64,000 nucleotides of DNA. Source: the human T2T-CHM13v2.0 reference genome, Homo sapiens. The notes under the pieces were generated by a model. The model did no database searches. It saw nothing but the letters and a program-made list of their open reading frames with translations, and was not told the origin of the DNA. The stretch's first letter is position 1, and every line of letters begins with the position of its first letter. The position numbers were made by a program, and so were the translations under genes. The stretch is taken from assembly GCF_009914755.1 (NCBI RefSeq), contig NC_060948.1; one strand, 5' to 3'. Positions 56,825 to 64,000 of this stretch are shown one piece after another.

Positions 56825-59800
56825 ATGGAATGGGAACGAATGGAATGGAATGGAAAGGAATGGAATCGAATGGAAAGGAATCGAATGGAAGGGAATGAAA
56901 TTGAATCAACAGGAATGGAAGGGAGTAGAATAGACGGTAATGGAATGGACTCGAATAGAATGGACACGAATGCTCAAATTGAATGGACTCGAATGGAATG
57001 GAAACGAAAGGAATGTCATCGAATGGAATTGAATCGATTGGAATGAAATCACATAGAATGGAGTGGAATCAAATGGAATTGAATCGAAAGGAAAGGAAGC
57101 GAATGGACTGAAATGAAATGGAATGGAATTGAATGGAAATTAATGCAATGGAATAGAATGGAACGAAATTTCACGGAATGGAATCAAACTGAATGGAATC
57201 AAATCAATGGAATATAATCAAATGGAATGGAAAGGAATTGAATGGAGTAGATTGGATTGGATGGGATTGGAATGAAATGTACTGGAAAGGACTCGAATTT
57301 CATGAAACGGAATGGAATGAATTAGAACGGAATGGACTCGAATGGAATGGAATGTCATGGAATGGCATCAAATGGAATGGAATCGAATGCGATGGAATGC
57401 TATGGAATGGAATGGAATGCATTGGAATGGAATGTCCTCTAATGGAATGTATTCGAGTGGAATGGAATCGAATATAATGGAGTCGAATGAAATGGAATTG
57501 AAAGGAATGGGACCGAATACAATGGAATATACTGGAATGTAATGTAATGAACTCGAATGTAATTGACTGGAATGGAATGTACATGAATGGAATGTAATCG
57601 AATGGAAAGCAATCCAATGGAATAGAATCTAATGCAATAAAATCGACTCAAATAGAGTAGAATGTAATGGAATGGAGTGCAGTGCAATGGAATGGAATGG
57701 AATGGAATGCAATGGAATGGAATGGAATGGAATGGAATGGGATGGAATGGTATGGAATGGATAGTAATGGACTGGAGTGAAATGGACTGGAAAAGAATGG
57801 ACTCAAATTGAAAGGGCTCGAAAGGAATGGAGTCAAATGGAATGGTCTGGAATGGAATGAACACGAATGTAATGCAATCCAATGGAATGGAATCGAATGG
57901 CATGGAATATAAAGAAATGGAATCGAAGAGAATGGAAACAAATGGAATGGAATTGAATGGAATGGAATTGAATGGAATGGGAACGAATGGAGTGAAATTG
58001 TATGCAGTAGAAGAGAATAGAATGGAATGCAAGCGAAAGGAAAGGAATGGATTGGAATGGAATGGAATTCATTGGAATGGAAGGGAATGTAGTGTAATGG
58101 ACAGGCCTGGAATAAAGTGGAATGCTACGGTCTCGAATGGAATAAAAATGTATGGAATGGAATGCAATGAAACGGAATCGAATGTCATAGAATGTAATGG
58201 AATGCAAAAAAATGGACTCTAAAATCATTGACTGGAAAGGCTGGGTGTCGAAAGGAATTGACTCCAATGGAATGGAATCGAATGGAATGGAAGTGAATAG
58301 AATCGAACTAAATCGAATGGAATGGAATTGATAGGAACGGAATGGAAAGGAATGCAATGATTTGGCATGGAATGGAATCGAATGGCATCGAATGGAATGG
58401 AATGGAATGCAATGGAATGGAATGTATTAGAATGTAATGAAGTTTAATGGAATGTACTCGAATGGATTCGACTGGAATGGAATGTTCTCGAAGTGAATGG
58501 ACTTCAATGGAATGGATTCGAAAGGAATGGAATCTAATGGAATGGAATTAAATGGAAATGAATCAAATTGAATAGAACGGAATTGAATTGAATGGAATCG
58601 AATGCAATGGAATCTAATGAAACGGAAAGGAAAGGAATGGAATGGATTGGAATGGAATCGGCTGGAATGGAATGGAATCGAAACGAATGGAATGGAATCG
58701 AACTGAAGAGACTGGAATGGAATGCACTGGAATGGAAGGGAATGTAATGGAAGGTTCTCGAAAAAAATGGAATCGAAAGGAATGGAATTGAATGGAACGG
58801 AATAGAGTCGAAAGGAATTGAATGGAATGGAATGGACTAGAGTGAAATGGAATCGAACCACAAGGAATGGACAGGAATAGAATGGTCTCGAATTGAATGG
58901 AATCGTATGGAATGGCATCAAACGGAATGGAATGGACAGCCACGGAATGGAATGGACACCCACGGAATGGAAAGCACTCGAATGCAAAGGAGTCGACACT
59001 AATGGACTGAATAGAATGGACTCGACTGGTACGGACTCCAATGGAATGGAATCGAATGGAAGGGAATCGAACGGAATGGACTCGAAGGGAAAAGACTGCA
59101 ATGGAAAGGTCTCCAATGGAATGGAAATTAATGGAATGGAATGGAATCGAATGAAATGGAGTCAAAAGGAATGGAATCGAATGGCAAGAAATCGAATGTA
59201 ATGGAATCGCAAGGAATTGATGTGAACGGAACGGAATGGAATGGAATCCAAAGGAATGGAATAGAATGGAATGGAATCGAATGGAAAGGACTCGAATGGA
59301 AATCACTCGAATAGAATGCAATTTAATAAAATAGGATCAAATGTAATGGAATGGAATGGAAAGGAATCGAAACGAAAGGAATGGAGACAGATGGAATGGA
59401 ATGGAACAGAGAGCAATGGTATAGAATGGAATGGAATCATCTGGAATGGAATTGAATGGAATGGAATAATATGAAATGGAATGGAATGGAATGGAATGCC
59501 CTTGAATTAAATGGACTGGAATGGAATGGACTCGAACAGAGTGGAATGGAAAGTGTTGAAATAGAATGGAATGGACTCGTTTGGAATGGTCTAGTATGCA
59601 ATGCAATCGACTGGCAGGCAATCAAAAGGAATGTAATCGAATGGATTGGACTGGAATGCAATGGACTCGAATAGATTGGAAACGGAAAGCAAAGGAATGG
59701 AATGGAATAGTATGGAATGGAATGGAAAGGAATGGAGTGGAATAGACTAGAGTGGAATGGAATGGACTCGAAAGCAATGGACTGGAATGGAACTTTCTTG

Positions 59801-60377
59801 AATGGACTGGAATCAAACGGAATGGAATGCAATGCAATCAAATGGCATGGAATAAAATAGAATGAAAGAGAATCAAATGGAATTGAATCGAATGGAATCG
59901 AATGGATTGGAAAGGAATAGAATGGAATGGAATGGAATTGACTCAAATGGAATGGACTAGAATGGAATGGATTCGAATGGAAGTCAAAGGAATGGAATCT
60001 ATTGGAATGGACTGTAATGGAATGGAATGGAAGGGATTGGAATGGACTCGAATGGAATGGACTGCCATAGAAAGGATTCGAATGGAATGAAAAAGAATTG
60101 AATGGAATAGAACAGAATGGAATCAAATCGAATGAAATGGAATGGAATAGAAAGGAATGGAATGAAATGGAATGGAAAGGATTCAAATGGAATGCAATCG
60201 AATGGAATGCAATCGAGTGGAATGGAATCGAACGGAATGGAATAAAATGGAAGAAAACTGGCAAGAAATGGAATCGAAATGAATGGAGTGTTATGGAACG
60301 GACTCAAAAGGAATTGAATGTAATAGAATGGAGTGGAGTGGACTCGAATATAATGGACTGGAATGGAATGAAATCAC
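56825..60377 (+). repeat. DYZ1 unit U17 (3553 bp), copy of U15
   Basis: ORF track matches U15 at +7097. Confidence 0.88.
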
Positions 60378-63300
60378 ATGGAATGGGAACGAATGGAATG
60401 GAATGGAAAGGAATGGAATCGAATGGAAAGGAATCGAATGGAAGGGAATGAAATTGAATCAACAGGAATGGAAGGGAGTAGAATAGACGGTAATGGAATG
60501 GACTCGAATAGAATGGACACGAATGCTCAAATTGAATGGACTCGAATGGAATGGAAACGAAAGGAATGTCATCGAATGGAATTGAATCGATTGGAATGAA
60601 ATCACATAGAATGGAGTGGAATCAAATGGAATTGAATCGAAAGGAAAGGAAGCGAATGGACTGAAATGAAATGGAATGGAATTGAATGGAAATTAATGCA
60701 ATGGAATAGAATGGAACGAAATTTCACGGAATGGAATCAAACTGAATGGAATCAAATCAATGGAATATAATCAAATGGAATGGAAAGGAATTGAATGGAG
60801 TAGATTGGATTGGATGGGATTGGAATGAAAAGTACTGGAAAGGACTCGAATTTCATGAAACGGAATGGAATGAATTAGAACGGAATGGACTCGAATGGAA
60901 TGGAATGTCATGGAATGGCATCAAATGGAATGGAATCGAATGCGATGGAATAGAATGCAATGGAATGCTATGGAATGGAATGGAATGCATTGGAATGGAA
61001 TGTCCTCTAATGGAATGGATTCGAGTGGAATGGAATCGAATATAATGGAGTCGAATGAAATGGAATTGAAAGGAATGGGATCGAATACCATGTAATATAC
61101 TGGAATGTAATGTAATGAACTCGAATGTAATTGACTGGAATGGAATGTACATGAATGGAATGTAATCGAATGGAAAGTAATCCAATGGAATAGAATCTAA
61201 TGCAATAAAATCGACTCAAATAGAATAGAATGTAATGGAATGGAGTGCAGTGCAATGGAATGGAATGGAATGGAATGCAATGGAATGGAATGGAATGGAA
61301 TGGAATAGGATGGAATGGTATGGAATGGATAGTAATGGACTGGAGTGAAATGGACTGGAAAAGAATGGACTCAAATTGAAAGGGCTCGAAAGGAATGGAG
61401 TCAAATGGAATGGTCTGGAATGGAATGAATACGAATGTAATGCAATCCAATAGAATGGAATCGAATGGTATGGAATATAAAGAATTGGAATCGAAGAGAA
61501 TGGAAACAAATGGAATGGAATTGAATGGAATGGAATTGAATGGAATGGGAACGAATGGAGTGAAATTGTATGCAGTAGAAGAGAATAGAATGGAATGCAA
61601 GCGAAAGGAAAGGAATGGATTGGAATGGAATGGAATTCATTGGAATGGAAGGGAATGTAGTGTAATGGACAGGCCTGGAATAAAGTGGAATGCTACGGTC
61701 TCGAATGGAATAAAAGTGTATGGAATAGAATGCAATGAAACGGAATCGAATGTCATAGAATGTAATGGAATGCAAAAAAATGGACTCCAAAATCATTGAC
61801 TGGAAAGGCTGGGTGTCGAAAGGAATTGCCTCCAATGGAATGGAATCGAATGGAATGGAAGTGAAAAGAATGGAACTAAATCGAATGGAATGGAATTGAT
61901 AGGAACGGAATGGAAAGGAATGCAATGATTTGGCATGGAATGGAATCGAATGGCATCGAATGGAATGGAATGGAATGCAATTGAATGGAATGTATTAGAA
62001 TGTAATGAACTTTAATGTAATGTACTCGAATGGATTCGACTGGAATGGAATGTTCTCGAAGTGAATGGACTCCAATGGAATGGATTCGAAAGGAATGGAA
62101 TCTAATGGAATGGAATTAAATGGAAATGAATCAAATTGAATAGAACGGAATTGAATGGAATGGAATCGAATGCAATGGAATCTAATGAAACGGCAAGGAA
62201 AGTAATGGAATGGAATGGAATGGGCTGGAATTGAATGGAATCGAAACGAATGGAATGGAGTCGAACTGAAGAGACTGAAATGGAATGCACTGGAATGGAA
62301 GGGAGTGTAATGGAAGGTTCTCGAAAAAAATGGAATCGAAAGGAATGGAATTGAATGGAACGGAATAGAGTCGAATGGAATTCAATGGAATGGAATGGAC
62401 TAGAGTGAAATGGAATCGAACCACAAGGAATGGACAGGAACAGAATGGTCTCGAATTGAATGGAATCGTATGGAATGGCATCAAACGGAATGGAATGGAC
62501 AGCCACGGAATGGAATGCACTCGAATGCAATGGAGTCGAAACTAATGGACTGGAATAGAATGGACTCGACTGGTATGGACTCCAATGGAATGGAATCGAA
62601 TGGAAGGGAATGGAACGGAATGGACTCGAAGGGAAAAGACTGCAATGGAAAGGTCTCGAATGGAATGGAAATTAATGGAATGGAATGGAATCGAATGAAA
62701 TTGAGTCAAAAGGAATGGAATCGAATGGCAAGAAATCGAATGTAATGGAATCGCAAGGAATTGATGTGAACGGAACGGAATCGAATGGAATCCAAAGGAA
62801 TGGAATAGAATGGAATGGAATCGAATGGAAAGGACTCGAATGGAAATCACTCGAATAGAATGCAATTTAATAAAATAGGATCAAATGTAATGGAATGGAA
62901 TGGAAAGGAATCGAAACGAAAGGAATGGAGACAGATGGAATGGAATGGAACAGAGAGCAATGGTATAGAATGGAATGGAATCATCTGGAATGGAATTGAA
63001 TGGAATGGAATAATATGAAATGGAATGGAATGGAATGGAATGCCCTTGAATTAAATGGACTGGAATGGAATGGACTCAAACAGAGTGGAATGGAAAGTGT
63101 TGAAATAGAATGGAATGGACTCGTTTGGAATGCTCTAGTATGCAATGCAATCGACTGGCAGGGAATCAAGAGGAATGTAATAGAATGCATTGGACTGGAA
63201 TGCAATGGACTCGAATAGATTGGAAACGGAATGCAAAGGAATGGAATGGAATAGTATGGAATGGAATGGAAAGGAATGGAGTGGAATAGACTAGAGTGGA

Positions 63301-63906
63301 ATGGAATGGACTGGAAAGCAATGGACTGGAATGGAACTTTCTTGAATGGACTGGAATCAAACGGAATGGAATGCAATGCAATCAAATGGCATGGAATAAA
63401 ATAGAATGAAAGAGAATCAAATGGAATTGAATCGAATGGAATCTAATGGATTGGAAAGGAATAGAATGGAATGGAATGGAATTGACTCAAATGGAATGGA
63501 CTAGAATGGAATGGATTCGAATGGAAGTCAAAGGAATGGAATCTATTGGAATGGACTGTAATGGAATGGAATGGAAGGGATTGGAATGGACTCGAATGGA
63601 ATGGACTGCAATAGAAAGGATTCGAATGGAATGAAAAAGAATTGAATGGAATAGAACAGAATGGAATCAAATCGAATGAAATGGAATGGAAGAGAACGGA
63701 ATGGAATGAAATGGAATGGAAAGGATTCGAATGGAATGCAATCGAATGGAACGGAATCGAACGGAATGGAATAAAATGGAAGAAAACTGGCAAGAAATGG
63801 AATCGAAATGAATGGAGTGTTATGGAACGGACTCAAAAGGAATTGAATGTAATAGAATGGAGTGGAGTGGACTCGAATATAATGGACTGGAATGGAATGA
63901 AATCAC
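60378..63906 (+). repeat. DYZ1 unit U18 (3529 bp), copy of U16 up to ~63130
   Basis: ORF track matches U16 at +7097, then diverges; 15-bp deletion near 63740. Confidence 0.88.
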
Positions 63907-64000
63907 ATGGAATGGGAACGAATGGAATGGAATGGAAAGGAATGGAATGGAAAGGAATGGAATCGAATGGAAAGGAATCGAATGGAAGGGAATGAAATTG

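Larger units (their letters stand above)
49030..63130 (+). repeat. Dimeric higher-order repeat, 2 x 7097 bp (boundaries approximate)
   Basis: Matching ORFs and private variants at a constant offset of 7097 (48972/56069, 49728/56825, 53649/60746, 55718/62815). Confidence 0.85.
1..64000 (+). repeat. DYZ1: Human satellite 3 (HSat3) tandem array, DYZ1-type (Yq12 heterochromatin); GGAAT strand on +, classical TTCCA strand on -
   Basis: Degenerate GGAAT pentamers (variants CGAAT, GGACT, GCAAT, TGAAT, AGAAT) run end to end with a ~3.55 kb period. AGGCCT occurs once per unit at 1326, 4890, 8454, 12018, 15546, 19075, 22624, 26193, 29732, 33291, 36834, 40371, 43915, 47452, 51006, 54574, 58103 and 61671; the first three spacings are exactly 3564 bp. 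GAATTC lies 38 bp upstream of it (1288). DYZ1 is classically a ~3.4-3.6 kb HaeIII/EcoRI repeat of TTCCA with a 3564-bp sequenced unit. The Y assignment is by recognition, not by alignment. Confidence 0.95.

Noticed and set aside
53-63995. Hundreds of 60-310 aa ORFs on both strands (MEWNG- and HSIPF-rich)
   Set aside because: Pure GGAAT/ATTCC repeats have no stop codon in any frame, so long ORFs arise by default. They overlap in several frames, are low-complexity, recur per unit and are freely broken by stops and frameshifts.
1-64000. CRISPR-like or other prokaryotic repeat system
   Set aside because: There is no constant repeat with unique spacers and no associated genes; the whole window is pentamer-derived.
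1-64000. HSat2, alpha satellite, DYZ2/Alu or L1 insertion, or an inversion
   Set aside because: I saw no HSat2-type CATTCGATTC-dominated pattern, no 171-bp period, no AT-rich or Alu segment, no poly(A) tail with target-site duplication, and no switch to ATTCC on the + strand.

Overview
The whole 64 kb window is one uninterrupted, single-orientation tandem array of degenerate (GGAAT)n pentamers, i.e. human satellite 3 (HSat3). The pentamers are organised into a ~3.55 kb repeat unit: 18 complete copies of 3528-3564 bp plus partial ends. Two units are exactly 3564 bp, and each unit carries one conserved StuI/HaeIII site (AGGCCT) next to a conserved EcoRI site. This matches the classical DYZ1 repeat of human Yq12 heterochromatin. 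There are no genes: every ORF in the track is a translation artefact of the pentamer (MEWNG / HSIPF) recurring once per unit. I found no evidence of a novel coding system, mobile element, inversion or DYZ2/Alu interruption. What is interesting is the array's internal history, read by eye from shared variants: a near-perfect 3564-bp monomer expansion, a 3528-bp duplication, a 17749-bp (5-unit) similarity, and two related dimeric higher-order repeats (7081 and 7097 bp). Units are mosaic, indels are mostly multiples of 5 bp, and several restriction-site variants are diagnostic. Units U1-U18 are numbered from the ATG of the recurring 'aatcacATGgaat' anchor.
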